From: Octopus sinensis
Taxonomy: Eukaryota
Assembly (NCBI RefSeq): GCF_006345805.1
Contig: NC_043005.1
Span: 63,674,001 to 63,738,000 of the forward strand
Reading direction: 5' to 3'
Length of the DNA: 64,000 nt
Shown here: positions 35,872-49,605 of the stretch, one piece after another
Numbering within the stretch: the first letter of the stretch is position 1
Layout: the number at the start of each line of letters is the position of its first letter
Position numbers and translations under genes: made by a program
The notes under the pieces: model-generated
Databases searched by the model: none
What the model was told of the DNA's origin: nothing
The model's input: only the letters and a program-made list of their open reading frames with translations

Positions 35872-36147
35872 AGCTAACTATTTTCCAAAGTCGCCGATAT
35901 GAGCCCATGAACCACGGCTTAAATTCTGTCCTTTGTATCACGTGACACACATTGTTCAACGTGTCTTTTTATGAAGACGCTAGCGTGTCAATTAATCCTT
36001 AGCATTTCCTGATACACTGGACGGTGAAAGGGTGAAAGAACACGCTATAGTTTTGATAAAAAGACATGTTGTTGTACAATGCAGTCCTAAATATGTGAAT
36101 AGACAGAGTGGCCAAGACTAAAATGGATGTGTTTAATGGTCTATTCT

Positions 36148-36540
36148 TATTTCTTTACTGCCCACAGGGGGCTACAGGCAGAGGGGACAAACAAGGACAG
36201 ACAAACGGTTTAAGTCGATTATATTGATCTCAGTGAGTAACTGGTACTTACCTAATCGACCACGAAAGGATGAAAGGCAAAGTCAGAACGTAGCGGCAGA
36301 TGAAATATCTATTTCTTTACTACCCACAAGGGGCTAAACACAGAGAACAAACAAGGACTGACAAACGGATTAAGTCGATTATATCGACCCCAGTGCGTAA
36401 TTGGTACTTATTTAATCGACTCCGAAAGGATGAAAGGCAAAGTCGACCTCGGCGGAATTTGAACTCAGAACGTAACGGCAGACGAAATACGGCCACACAT
36501 TTCGCCCGGCGTGCTTAACGTTTCTGCCAGCTCGCTGCCT
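36148..36540 (-). mobile_element. Dimeric SINE family A with 18-bp TSD
   Basis: Two tandem units; tgtttaatggtctattct at 36130-36147 and 36541-36558. Confidence 0.9.
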
Positions 36541-38324
36541 TGTTTAATGGTCTATTCTATCAGAAATAAGCTGCGACTAAACAAAAGCAGGGACAGCTAA
36601 GTGTAATTTCTTTTCTTTGTTTTACGGCAATGGAAGCATTTCATTAAGAATCTGAAAATAATTTCATCTGTGAATTATTTTAGCTCTACGTGGAATAATT
36701 AATGATCGAATAATGCCAAAATTTATACCAGTATTAGTTTAACACTAACAACATTTTAAAAACCGAAAAGTTAAAGTGCATGCACTATATCATCCATCCA
36801 CCCATTCATACATACATACATCGATACATAATCCATAAATAAACATTTAAGTTAATCTTTTTTATAAAGTTATCTATAGATACACAGATATAGAAAAAAT
36901 ACAGCACCTCATCTCTAGCTGTTATCATCTAGCTGTTATCATTCCACCTTCTCTCTCTCTCTCTGTCTCCCTCTTTCTCTCTCGCTCTTTCATGCTCTCT
37001 CTCTCTCTCTCTCTCTCGCTCGCTCGGTCTCTTGCTCTCTCTCATACTTTTTCTCTTATACACACAGGCATATATACACACATATACTTACATATATGTA
37101 TGTATGTATCTATCTATCTATATATAGACACCACCCGCACACACATGGGCACATACAAATACACACACACATATATATAACTATACATACATTCAACCTA
37201 CATACAAGTAGGTGAGAAAGTTGAATACTAAGATCCGACTTCCAACTACATCACTCTCAAGCCACCACACATTACCACTTTAAAGAAAAAAGGACAAATT
37301 GCACATTGTAGATCTGGATACACAGAAAACATCTGTGAGACATATTTGGCCATATTTCTGTTGTTCAGCGATAACTTGTGGTGAAACAAGATACAACATT
37401 TAAGAGCTGGATTCGGGGAATAAAATATCAAGAAATCAAGAATACTATTGTAGATTGAATTTTGTGATGTAATAAAGGTTTTATACGCAGCATAGCTTTT
37501 TCCCATTGTAGAATTTTAACGTACGTTTTCCTAGACATTGAAAAACATTAATCAGATTACTAGCTTGGTAGCATCAGTAAATTCTTTATTACACGTATTG
37601 TAATGTAATATATTGTTAAAGTAAGCAGATTCTCGAAAACCGAGTTATCTAATACAATATAAATCTAGCGTATAACATAAGGCTAAATTCAAAACAACGA
37701 TTTTAGCATTTAAAACACTTAAGTAGCTATCAATAAAAGAAGCAGGTTTTGTAAAACCATTTCGCACAAAGCAATAGTATACAAATTAAAAGAAATGAAA
37801 TCCAAAGTGAAGGGCAACGACAACAATCCAACAAAGATAACTTGGAAACCTTAAGAAAGAAACGGATATATAACACATTAAGTTGTAATTAATGCATACA
37901 ATCCTTGACGAGAGTGACGCAAAAGGAACACAAAACAGTCCTGATATATTAGAACATTGAGAAATGCTTCAAAAGGAAAGAAGAACACAAGGAATTCTCT
38001 ACAGCCCCAAATAGAGAATAATGTGTAACCAAAATAAAAATGCCAGGGAACCTTAAAAGTGATTGATATTTCTGTGAGTTCTCCTACAAATTCTATTTCA
38101 TCGTCTTAAATAAGTAATGAGTAACATTAAACAGCGTTGTCCATAAAAAAAGCTGTTAGAATCCTGCTCAATCTAGAAGGTTGACGATAATAATAGCATA
38201 TAGAACAGATCTCAGTACACACACACACACACACATACATACACACACATACACACACACACCCAAACACAAACACAGACACACACGTACACAAGCATAT
38301 ACACTTTTACATTTTATTTGTTTC

Positions 38325-38690
38325 AGGCAATAGACTGTTACCATCCTGGTACACAACCTTGAAGAATATTAGTCGAGCGAATAGACCTCAGTACTTGGTA
38401 CTTATTTTATGCATCTCTTTTGCCGAACCGCTAGGTTGTGGGTACATAAACACACCGACATCATTTGTCAAGCGGTGGTAGAGGACAGACACAAAGACTC
38501 ACGCGCGTGCTTGCACGCACACGCACACATATCCTACGGGTTTCTTTCAGTTTCCATCAACCAAATCCACTCACAAGACTTTGGTAGACCCGGAGCTATA
38601 GCAGAAGACACTTGCCCAAAGTGCCACGCAGTGAGATTGAACCCGGAACTATGTCGTTGGGAAACAAACTTCTCACCACACAGTCACGAT
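38325..38690 (-). mobile_element. SINE family B
   Basis: Same head and body as the 31.3 and 57.7 kb copies. Confidence 0.82.
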
Positions 38691-39376
38691 GCGCTTATAT
38701 ATATATATACAGAGAGAGAGAGAGAGAAAGTAAGAGAGAGAAAGAAAGAGAGAGAGAGATAGAGAGATATAAATAGATATAGATATATAAATCAGTTCTA
38801 TAGTTGCTATTATCGTCGAGCCTCACCCACACTATCTCTGTCTCTTTCTCTTTCTCTCTCTCTCCCCACGCACACATATACACCCACATCAATTAACTGC
38901 GAGAAAACAGGATAAGAAAAAAGTAATTCATGAGAATGCGAAATTAATATACAGAACTTAACAAAAACAATTCGGACTCGTGAAAATAAACTGAAATACT
39001 AAATCAGTAAATCTTTTGAGGTTCGGGATTAAAAACAAAGCATAAGAAACAAGATAAAACAAAAGAAGAATATCCAAAACAATAAACTGTTGCAAAATTT
39101 TCATAGACAGACGATTCGAAAAACCATTTAAGCAATGCATACGGGAAGGGCTTAGTCGATACCATGGAGCCCAGTACTTAAGAGCTACTTGTTTTATCGG
39201 TTCTGAAAGGATGAAAGGTTAAATTGATCCAGGCGGTATTTAAAATCACGGAGCAGAAAGTTTATTAAATATAAATGAAAAGAGTGAACCAAATTAAAAT
39301 AATACATAAATAAGATAGCCTTATATTTCGGGATGGTCTTTTAAAAAAATTATTTGCCAAAAATACACACAAATAA

Positions 39377-39724
39377 GATAAGCAATATTCGTAGCCACTT
39401 TAACATGGCTGTCCGTTCGAGCAGACTCTACTGGGATATTTTAACTCCAAGAGGACATCTCTTCTAGCTTGTTAACGATGCACAGCTGCATACGATAAAA
39501 TTGCGAACAGGGGAGTGAACCCCTACCATCTCCTAGCGACGGGACCAGTAGATCAGTCCTAGTTTCGGCTATTTCTGCCATTCCTCAGCTAGAGGAGATG
39601 TCCTCTTGGGGTTACAAAATCGCAGTAGAGTCCGCTCGAACGGACAACCATGTTAAAGGGGCTACGAATATTACTTGTCAGTACAACTACTGCGTTGATC
39701 TCTTAGAGAAATTTTAGAACTAGC
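39377..39724. mobile_element. MITE/foldback-like element with ~90-bp inverted arms, copy 1
   Basis: 39377-39469 is the imperfect reverse complement of 39587-~39678. Confidence 0.8.
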
Positions 39725-39864
39725 ATTTTTGCTTATTGAAAAATATATATTTTGTGTGCAGAGTGAGCTGCTATTATCTCTACCAGACTCGGTTTTTGTT
39801 GTTTTTTGAAGAATTCGAAGCAAGAGTTTTGTGCGAAGCCACCATTGTTGGGTGGAAGTGAATA

Positions 39865-40900
39865 ATGGAAGAAAAGAAGAGTTATGCGGAAGCTACTGGA
39901 GGTCGAGATACCCTGGACCCACGTGTGCTGAAGCCGAAGAGAATGGCATGGAATGAAGTAAAGGTAGCAACATATTATGGCATGATAAAAAAAGAAGGGT
40001 CATACATAAAAATGACACTGCCAGAGGAGAAAAAAAAATTCAAAGCAGGACGGTGATATCCAGAACATTTTCGAATGAAAATAGGTGAATAGATCATGCG
40101 CCGCAGGAAGAGATAGAGGAAATATTGAAGGAACGAATGGGTGAAGAAATAACTTCCTTTACAAGAGGAAGAAACTAAGCGACTATAATAGTCACCTTTG
40201 CATCAGAAGAGGAGGCGAAAATGAACGACAACAGACAGATACTGGAAGAGAATTGGACGTTGATGCCGAATTGTTTGCGCAAAAGAATCGTCAGGGTCAG
40301 GGTGGGAAGAATCCCACCGTCCATAGACCCAGAATGGGTAATAGTTGCTGGTGAAGGGAAGTGAAAATCTGAACATTTGGATAATAAGCAGAACTCAACA
40401 ATTGAATTGCTGGGGATATGGTATTGAAGTAATTTGTGCAGTAAGCCCAGAATATCAAGAGGAAATGGCAGAAACTGTGGAATTACCAAACGGTGAAAAA
40501 CTGGAAGTAATGTTGGAGGGGAGACACCCAAAATGTTAGATACGGTGAAAGGGGGCACCGGAGAAGGAAATACCTTAGAGCAGCAATAGAAATGGTGGAA
40601 GAGAGTGTACAGGAAGATATAGTGGTGGGAAAAAAGCAAAGGCAGAGAACAGAATATGATTGGAATTTGGCAGAGGGAAAACCCAGGAAAAGAGAGAGAA
40701 GAAAGTCACCGACGACATTGGAAGTAAATAAGTGTAAAGAAATGGAAGAAGAAACTCAACCCACGACGACAAACGGAGAAAATTTACCAGTGGAAGTACC
40801 AGCAAATGAATTAAAAGGACAGAGTCATACAGACAAGAAACAAGACAACCTAAAGAATTACGGAAACCTAAAGACATAGACACACAGACGAAATACATAG
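39865..40900 (+). mobile_element. Tx1-like LINE ORF1 remnant
   Basis: EEKKSYAEAT..TRGRN..IIVTFASEEEAK..WTLMPNCLRKRIVRVRVGRIPPSIDPEWVIVA..LPNGEKLEVMLEGRHPKC, then a Lys/Glu-rich tail; no ORF2 follows. Confidence 0.65.
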
Positions 40901-41606
40901 AGTTGCAGTCAAACGAACACACATACACACAAATACAAGAACAAACAGACACACACATACACGAACACACAGACTTAAAGACGGAAATACAAGAACCCAT
41001 AAAACAGCTGGAAAATCGAAACAAAAACAGGCAACATGAAAAGCACAAACGAAAAGAAAAAATATAGTGAGATAGGACGCCCCAGCTTAAAAGGAGTGCA
41101 AAATTGAAAGACAGTGTGAGAGATAGAAGTGGTAAGTCATTATAATATTGTAAAGACTGTAACTGAGAGAAATGATCGTTTGAAAGTTTTAGGGAAAAGA
41201 GGAAAAAAAGTAAGTTTTGAAACTGTTGAAAGAACAGGTTTCCAAAAGTTTTTTTTTTTCTGAACACTGTGATAAACTTTAGTTCTCTTTTAGTTTTAAA
41301 AAACGAAAAGAAATAATTAAGGATTGTATGAACATTTATTATGGTAGGGTGAAAGCGAAGAGGGAAGTCGCGGTTTCGCCTGGAAGTGAGGCTAAAGGTT
41401 GTGTAAAACTTAATGGTAAAGGAATACCCGGTTTCATCTCGCAGCGGGAGCGAGATGGCCGGCTCATTTACATTGTAAATATATTCATTTCACATTCATC
41501 ATCCTTCATATGTTTTATGTTCCCACATGTCTTTGTATGTCCCCTCTGTAATTAGGCCTTATGCCTGTAATAAATAATTAATCTCTAGCAGACGAGGTGT
41601 CCAGTA

Positions 41607-41864
41607 CTGAGGAGTGACAGAAATAGCCCGAAAGCAGAACTGGTCTACAGGTCCCGTCGCTAGTAGATGGTAGGGGTTCGTTTCCCTGTTCACAATTTTA
41701 TTGGATGCAGCTGTGCATCGTAAACCAGCTAGAAAATATGTCCTCTTGGGGTTAAAAAAATCGCAGTAGAGTCCGCTCGAATGAATAACCATGTTAAAAT
41801 GCTACCAATATTACTTGTCAGTACAACTACTGCGTTGATATCTTAGAGAGATTTTAGAACTAGT
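41607..41864. mobile_element. MITE/foldback-like element copy 2, core inverted relative to copy 1, one arm lost
   Basis: Core 41607-41726 is the reverse complement of 39470-39587; 41727-41864 is a direct match to 39587-39724. Confidence 0.8.
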
Positions 41865-41915
41865 AAATAAGATTCCTAAAATTATAAAACTGGAAATTTC
41901 CCAACTGAAATATAG

Positions 41916-42140
41916 GAGTTAGTTAGTTAGTTAATCTTTTGGCTCAAAAAGCAAGGCCATGTAGGGGGACATGGAGTTATGTACAGGGTGGTGTTCATGT
42001 AAAGAGTTCAGGCCACTTGTGGTCAAGGGAGACTTTGAACCGAGTGGTCGTCGGCATCTTCATCATCTCGTCCGGCAGCTTATTCCACGGATCCGCAACC
42101 CGGACGGAGAAAGCCCCTCTCCTTCGATTGAGATGAAAGT
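41916..42140 (-). mobile_element. CR1-type LINE 3' end with (TAAC)n tail
   Basis: HLNRRRGAFSVRVADPWNKLPDEMMKMPTTTRFKVSLDHKW; ttagttagttag on the + strand. Confidence 0.85.
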
Positions 42141-42249
42141 TAAGGATTGAGTTAAGGAACTAGTATAGAGAGAGACACCTTAGAGTTATGAAAAAAAAGA
42201 ATTCTCTACATAACAATGGGTGATGGCTATTGACGTTTTGAAAATATAA

Positions 42250-42475
42250 GTACCAGATGGTTCTGAAAATTCTTGGCTTTAAGAATATCGCGAAAGGCCA
42301 GGCTGGAGGTCAAACCTTCCTAATTTATTTACTGTGCTTAGAAAAACTGAAGGACTGCTGCAACAAGCATGTGAATCTCAGAGGGGAATATGTTGGATAA
42401 AATTATAATTAACCGATACTCTATTTTCTTATATCCAAAACCGGGAACTATTCAGCACCCCTCGTAAATGTTATA
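42250..42475 (+). mobile_element. mariner-derived MITE (~225 bp)
   Basis: Degenerate TIRs (..ttctgaaaattcttggcttt / aaaaccgggaactattcagcacccctcgta); internal CNKHVNLRGEYVG* mariner C-terminus. Confidence 0.6.
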
Positions 42476-43129
42476 GAAAACCGAAGAACACTATCTGGTT
42501 CTCACTGTAGAATACGAAGTTTTTGGTAAAACATTGTAGTAAGTGCATAAAAGCTTGACATAAACATAAAGAGAATCAAATAAACCATCCAAATGGATTC
42601 CATGAACATTTTACGCATAGTCATACAATGTTGCTACTACCTTCTACCAACAAGAACATTTCTAATTAGAGACCAATTAATATGTCTCATAAAATGCAAC
42701 GAACTCTCCGTCATCTATGGGAAGGCGGATTCATTCTGACTTATTTAAAAATAAGCACAGTTGCTCCCCATAGGGCACAAAGTGCAGCATACAGTTATCT
42801 CAAATAACATTTAAATACTCATTTAATGCTCTCAGGATCCTGGTCAAGTGTCTTATACTATAACCTTTGGTTGGTCAAGACCGTGTGAGTGGAGTATTGT
42901 AGAAGGAAACATCACGGTATCGGCTTTGTTTAAATAATTGCATAAGTAACTAAATAAATAATAAATACCACGCACAAATATAAAAAATAATGAAGCACAT
43001 ATACTTGTTTACTAACATGATACGCCCACATACGACAAATGCAAATTTATCTGCACGCACATTCATATGCATGGCACATGCACACGTACATATATGTATA
43101 CATTATAACCATAAGCTCTTGAGTGTCTT

Positions 43130-45210
43130 GATTAAAGCAACCGATGGTATATAGCTCTGAAAAGGGCTATTAGATTAGAGTTAATGAGGTTAAGTAGAGA
43201 AATAATGTTAGAGAATTCTAGAGTAGAGAGTAAGCTAATGAGAAAATTAGAATACTTGCTTAAGAAAGCAATTACGACTAAGGTGCTGGCAACAAAGTTG
43301 CCAACAACTGACAAGATACGGGAAGCGATGGCTAACTGTACAAGGGAGAAATAGCTGAGGCTGAATGCAAGATTTCTTTGATTATGCAAAACATTTGTTA
43401 TTCTATTAGCAGATGCCTGCTGCAACTGGTAGTAGAACAGGAGAATTCTCAATCCTACGGAAACAGGTACAGTAGTACTGCTGAGAAAAGATCCGAACAT
43501 GAATGTAGTGGTTTAAACAACTTGAAATCCGCAACTCTGCTAAATGCAGTTGAAAAGGTTGGCTAAGATATTAGCTATGTGAGTGGTGCTTGTCGTTGAC
43601 ACACTGGTAGGTGAGGCACGATCATGTCCCATACTAAGCAGAGCTATCCGCATCAAATTCCTCCTCACACGATACATTATAGAAAGGTTAGGTAAAATAT
43701 CTGTCTGGCATAGGTGGGATGCCGATTAACTTAGATCAATCGAAAGGGTCGACTATCAATACTTCGCAGCTGTCTTCGGGGCAGCTAGTTTCGGATCCAG
43801 TTTTGGAAACCTGGATCGCAGCGAAGTACGGTGACACTTCCTCGGAAGTCATAGTAAATTTTCACCTATCAGAACCACTCCCAATCATACGTTCGGTCCA
43901 TCAAAGCTACACCTTCTGTCGCTTTCTGTACATAGTAATCCTGCGGCCACAAATGCAGATGTTGGGGGTCTCAATGATCATCCTGCGAAACTAGGATACA
44001 GAAGATCCGTATTAGCACATGCGTGCAACGTTGCCGTAATAGTGTCGAGCACCAAATACACGGAGGTGATCGGTATTATGCTAATCGGAATATGAGGCGG
44101 TGATAAGAGCAGAAATTAATTAGATGTTACATGCAGTTCCACACCTGGCGCGACAGATCCATGTCATTGAACAGCGTCATGGTGTCCTGGATGGATGGAC
44201 CGGTAAATTCCTCAGCATTCTGTTCGGTCCAGATCGTTAGATAGGAACTGGAAAGAGGTGACGCGCAGGATGGCGTCTCTCACACAGAAATAGCCCACTT
44301 CATGGCTGATTAAAATGAAGTGCTACTTCTCTCGCTTTCTGTGAAGCGGATGCGTTTCGCTGGTGAAATGGTCTATTTGCTGTTAACATCTGCTGGAGGA
44401 CAGTACATACAGTGTCTAATGATGCATGGAATGCGCTGAGGCAGCGACATCTACAGCGTTTCATTGACGGTGAGCAGGCGTAGTTGTCGTTTGCTAGACA
44501 CGTTTGTCCGTAACTCGTCTGTTTGACTGAGCTGCAGTCCCTAGACTAGGCATAGACCGAGGCAGAGCATCTGATACCTAGAGTGTCATCGGGACACTCA
44601 TAGCCACTCTCAGCTTGTAGGTCTATGCTGTTGGTGGATGCTCCACCCTGGCATTCTATAAAAGATTATGTGTTGGGGAGAGCAACGATTGCCTAATTTT
44701 TTCCAGAAGCCTTTTAGGTCCTAACCCATGGATAATTTCCACAAATACATGGCTTGGTAGTGTTACCAAAGAGCATTGCCGATTCGGGAAAAAAAACTCT
44801 ACAGGTGTGGCAGTACCAGCAGCAACCCCTACTAGAGATGCACACAGAGCGATGAACCTGTCCTGAAAGCGCTTATCCAGTGCTCGAGCATTGCTGATGT
44901 AATGCCGAATAGCTGTTTTCACGAGCAGGATGCACCCGATTATACGCCGACTCCATCGTGAAGATCACCTGCCTGCCTTTCTTTGATTAGGAAATACAGA
45001 CAGTTTTCGTCTGCCTGGAAGCTAATGCAAAATAGGTTGTATACTAGACGTGTCTGAATTGAAGACAGACGTTTTTCTTCAAGAGAAAAGTGAGGACCGA
45101 GAGAGGATGAATGTAGTAAGAATAGTCGGAGTGAATTGACCTGTAGATTGAAAGATACAATGGAGAAAGGAGTAGATAATGCAATATAGTTATCAGGATG
45201 TCTCAAAATA
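43130..45210 (-). mobile_element. Degenerate CR1-like LINE ORF2 (APE, linker, RT N-terminus)
   Basis: APE-like IVSFNLQVNSLRLFLLHSS; ILANLFNCI*QSCGF; AIASRILSVVGNFVAS (RPIS-type motif). Many stops. Confidence 0.55.
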
Positions 45211-46402
45211 TATGGGGTTCCTTCACGGCCCTAGTACGGCGTTTCTGCCCTAGTTATAGTTCTCTTGACAATTATCATTGTTTTAGTTTGCACGTATTTA
45301 TGTAAATGCCTACTGTCTTTTGCCTCTTGTTCTAAATGCTTTTTCTTACGGCTTATGCCAGCAATATATAAATTATTATTATTATTATTATTATTATTAA
45401 TCACTTGCAGTTTCCGCCGAGGTCAACTTTGCGTTTCATTACCTCTGCTACTACTACTACTAGTAGTAGTAGTAGTAGCAGCAGTAGCAGCAGCAGCAGC
45501 AGCAGTAGTAGTAATAGTAGTAGTAGTAGTTGCTGTTGTTAAAATTTGTTGTATTTGTGATGCTTGTATATTCCGCTATAAAATAAATAAATGAAAATAA
45601 AATTTTAAAAAAAATAGAACATAAATCATGTATGAACCCCGTAGCATAATCAGACTATGTCATAAAATTATAAAATCCAAACAAACAAGCAATAACAAGA
45701 ACAACAACAAGAAATTAAAAATAACCACCAGATGGAAACGACCCGATGAATAGAAATGTTTAGTGAAATACAGCATAATTCAAAAAGTTATTCAATAGAT
45801 TCTATTCAGACCGATGTTCAAAGATTTCTATAGAAATAGCAGCAAGTTATCTCCTGCAATGTTGGCTACCATTTCTGTTTGCAAACCATTAATCTGTATT
45901 CAAGAATTGTTTAGTCCCATTTATAAACATTAGAAATGTTGCATTCCTCTAGCTCTATGCTTTAAACTGAAGTATTGAAATAAAAGAAAAGAGTGTTATT
46001 TACAAAAAAAAGATGCCACTCTGTCGTGTTTCTTAAAAATAAAATAAAAATTAAATTCAACAAAATATATTTCATATTTACTATAAATATTGCTAGGACA
46101 GGAGATGTCTCAGTTGATATGAGTCATTTAGTATCGTATCAAATAATATAAGCTGCAGAGATGGCATTTTTTTCCTGTCATGAAAGATGATGGTATGATA
46201 GAAAAAATCAATCGTTAAAGCATAGAACAAAATGATTTGCGCCACTTGGTTATGAGCTCAAATTCTGCAGAGGTTAAATTTGATTTTTATTATTCCGAAG
46301 CCAATAAAATAAAGTCCAGGTGCAACACCGTCTTTTCGGACACCGACAGTCCGATAGTCTCATAACCTCCACTAATTTACGAGAAATAGCTTCAAATACC
46401 TG

Positions 46403-46632
46403 TTTCTTTATTACCCACAAGGGGCTAAACATAGAGGGGCAAACAAGGACAGACAAACGGATTAAGTCGATTATATCGACCCCAGTGCATAACTGGTACT
46501 TATTTAATCGACCCCGAAAGGATGAAAGGCAAAGTCGACCTCGGTGGAATTTGAACTCAGAACGTAACGGCAGCCGAAATACCGCTAAGCATTTCGCCCG
46601 GTGTGCTGACGCTTCTGCCAGCTCACTGCCTT
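46403..46632 (-). mobile_element. SINE family A, near-consensus, with 18-bp TSD
   Basis: aatagcttcaaatacctg at 46385-46402 and 46633-46650. Confidence 0.92.
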
Positions 46633-47585
46633 AATAGCTTCAAATACCTGCCGCCATGTAACTAGTTCATTGTTACCTTGTGCAGAGTTTTTTAAACTTA
46701 TTTTGAATCTATGTGTGTGTGTATATGTGTGTAAGAATGCGCGTGGGGAATATTTTGAGGCTTGGTTAGAGGTGGAAAAAAGAACATGAAAGAAAGAAAC
46801 AAATAAGGAAACAAAGTGAGACTGGAAGAAGGAAAAACACAGATTGTAATATATTGCATAGCCTGCCCCAATTGCAAGGAAAATTGTAATGGCAAAACCA
46901 GCAGTCTCTTTTTTCCAGCGTGCAAGAATTCACAAATAACATATCATTAAAACAGAATTGCCCAAGATTACGAAGCATGGAAATATGTGGAAACAGCAGA
47001 TTCAAGATTTTTCTCTTTTTCAGATGACCAAGGGATTGTAAAAAGTGCCAGAAGATAATGGAATTATATTTTATTAAAAAGTTTTACCTAAACTAAACGT
47101 ATACAAAGCGAAAAATATATTTATGAACGCTATAAAGGTTTTCTCATTACTGTTACTAAAATAACTGGGAAAATTCACTTAAGCAACCAACGTACTACAG
47201 ACACACTGTTTCACATAAATACACTTACGTATACACACACGCATATATACAACAACCTTTCAAGACAAATATTCTACAGCTAGTTAACGTGACAACCGAC
47301 AAAATATACAATGACTAAAAGAAAATTGAGCGCTTCAGCTGTCGTCAGTTTGAACCATCCCAGAAACGAAAAAAACTCTTTCTGACGCTGGATAGCATAC
47401 TACTGATCAAAAAGACCCGTTTCACCCTTTCTTTCTGTCTTTAGTTATTTATTTTCTCTTTTTTCCTTTCTCCCTATCCTTTCATTTTCCCTTCTTTCTT
47501 CCCCTAACCAAGCCTCCAAGTATTCACCACAGAAACGTATTTACACACACATACATACACACATAGATTCAACATTACAAAGAAC

Positions 47586-47803
47586 ATTAAAGGCGGCGAG
47601 CTGGTAGAATTGTTAGCACGCCAGGCGAAATGCTTAGCGGTGTTTCGTCTGCCGCTGTGTTCTGAGTTCAAATTCCGCCGAGGTCGACTTTGCCTTTCAT
47701 CCTTTCGACGTCGATGAATTAAGCACCAGTTGAATACTGGGGTCGATGCTATCGACTTAACCCTTCCCCCAAAATTTCAGGCCTTATGCCTATAGCAGAA
47801 ACG
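47586..47803 (+). mobile_element. SINE family A (alternative tail) with ~12-bp TSD
   Basis: ggcggcgagctggtagaattgttagc head; attacaaagaac on both sides. Confidence 0.9.
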
Positions 47804-49557
47804 ATTACAAAGAACTTTACCACCCATATTAAACACTAGATTGTTTTCAACTAATTCACAAATATATAAAGGCATAAAGTTTCTGTAAAACAAATAATTC
47901 CTGGTGATTCTCTGAAACGAGATGAAAGCGTTCAGCAAATAATTACCCAAAAGTCTGACTATATACTTTTTCTTAATGTTTAAAATTTGTGCACCACTTC
48001 AAGAATCTACACACACACTAACATCATAAATATATATTTGAATGTATGCAAATAGTACGTATAAATGTGGGAACTTACCGGCACACGCACACACACTAAC
48101 CCGTAGATGTGCAAATACATAAAATGTGACACTTTTGTATAACTATATTTCAATTGGTACTTGAGGTTAGTGAAATCAATTCAACATTGAAAGTGATTCT
48201 ATCAACCGTTACCATGGCAATCAATGTCTGCCACATAATGCTCTAAATACATTAATAACTGCGGAAAAATTTCTAAAGACTCGAGCAGAATTTTAAATGG
48301 TGCACATTTATGCAAAGTAAAACTGAATAAGTAAATATACAGAAGAATTTCATAATTTTCATTCATTCATTCATGCATTCGTTTATTCCGTCATTCTTTC
48401 ATTCCAACATCGATTCGTTCCACCATTTATTCATTTCTTTATTGATTTATTCTGTTCTTCAGATATTCTCTCATTCATTCCGTCATCCATAAATGACATA
48501 ATATATGTTATTCTGTTCATTCTTTCCAATTATTCATAGGTTCCTTCCTATTCATTATTCATCCATTTCATTATTCTATCATTTCATCATTCATTCTATC
48601 TTTCATTCAATTCTTCATTCATTTCTTTATTCCTTCACTCCTTTATTCAGCTATTCATTACTTACCCATGTCATTATTCAGTCATTCTGACGTTAATTTA
48701 TTTATTCATTCCATCGTTTGTCCATCTTACATTCAGTTTTGTTTTACTCACTCATTCTTTAATCAATACATTCATTCAGTCCAGAAAATAATATTTTCCT
48801 CCACATTCTAATACACACGTCTTCTTGTAGCACTAATATCGTCCGGCCGTCTTTCTTGCTCAAAAGTTGCTTTCAACCTGTGTAGCGAAGCGCCTCCGTC
48901 CCATGTTTTACAAAGAACAGAAAAAAATAACGAAAGACAACAGTTTATTTTAAAGAAATAGAAGTTAATTTTCAGCGACGGTTTATTATACATATTTTCA
49001 TATACTGTCGCATCCAATATGTCCCACTTTTTACTAGGGTGGTCTCGTGCTTCCTACGATAATTCTTACATAAATTACCAAAGAATGCTTGGAGTGACAC
49101 AAGAAAATTATATTTGAACTTGGCGTATTATTAGCCATGTTTTAACTGACAAAAATCACGAACTTTAATCCAACCAATCTTTATTTAAAAAAAATAAAAA
49201 AAAATGTTTAAAATATAATCATGCGACCGGGACTAAATACAGTATTTTTAAAAAAAGTCACAAAGTCACAAGCCCTCTAAACAACCAGAAGCCCTGTAAA
49301 CATCTAGAACCCCACTTCCTACACTGGACGACCTTTGTGCAGTCACAATACTTCCAAGAGTGCGTTCCTATCCAGGTTATGAAAAACTGTGATAGAGAGA
49401 GGACAGTATGTGGCAGGAATTGTTTGAACTCAACACTGCAACATTGTTCTTTCTGCCTTTATACGTATAATGTACGTCGGAGCTTCTTCTTCATATTTTT
49501 CTATTCCCCCTCCTCTTCCCCATCCCCTTCCTCCTTCTCTGTCTCCTTCACCTGAAG

Positions 49558-49605
49558 CTTCAAACCAACCCTACTTAAGCTGGACGATGACAAAAGGCAT
49601 TCGAG
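49558..49605 (+). CDS. Candidate 48-nt symmetric exon (SNQPYLSWTMTKGIR or FKPTLLKLDDDKRHS)
   Basis: ~60-nt pyrimidine-rich tract then AG; AG|gtatga donor; two open frames. Confidence 0.4.

Noticed and set aside
40575-41267. 230-aa Phe/Leu/Cys-rich ORF on the minus strand
   Set aside because: Antisense of a purine-rich, low-complexity LINE ORF1 tail.
47320-47430. Hammerhead-like pieces (ctgacga; gaaacgggtc on the minus strand)
   Set aside because: Core halves are in the wrong order or lack a connecting stem II; at best a decayed PLE end.
49310-49392. PLPTLDDLCAVTIL as a SOCS-box-like motif
   Set aside because: Frame is short and lacks the downstream LPLP box; other frames are equally plausible.
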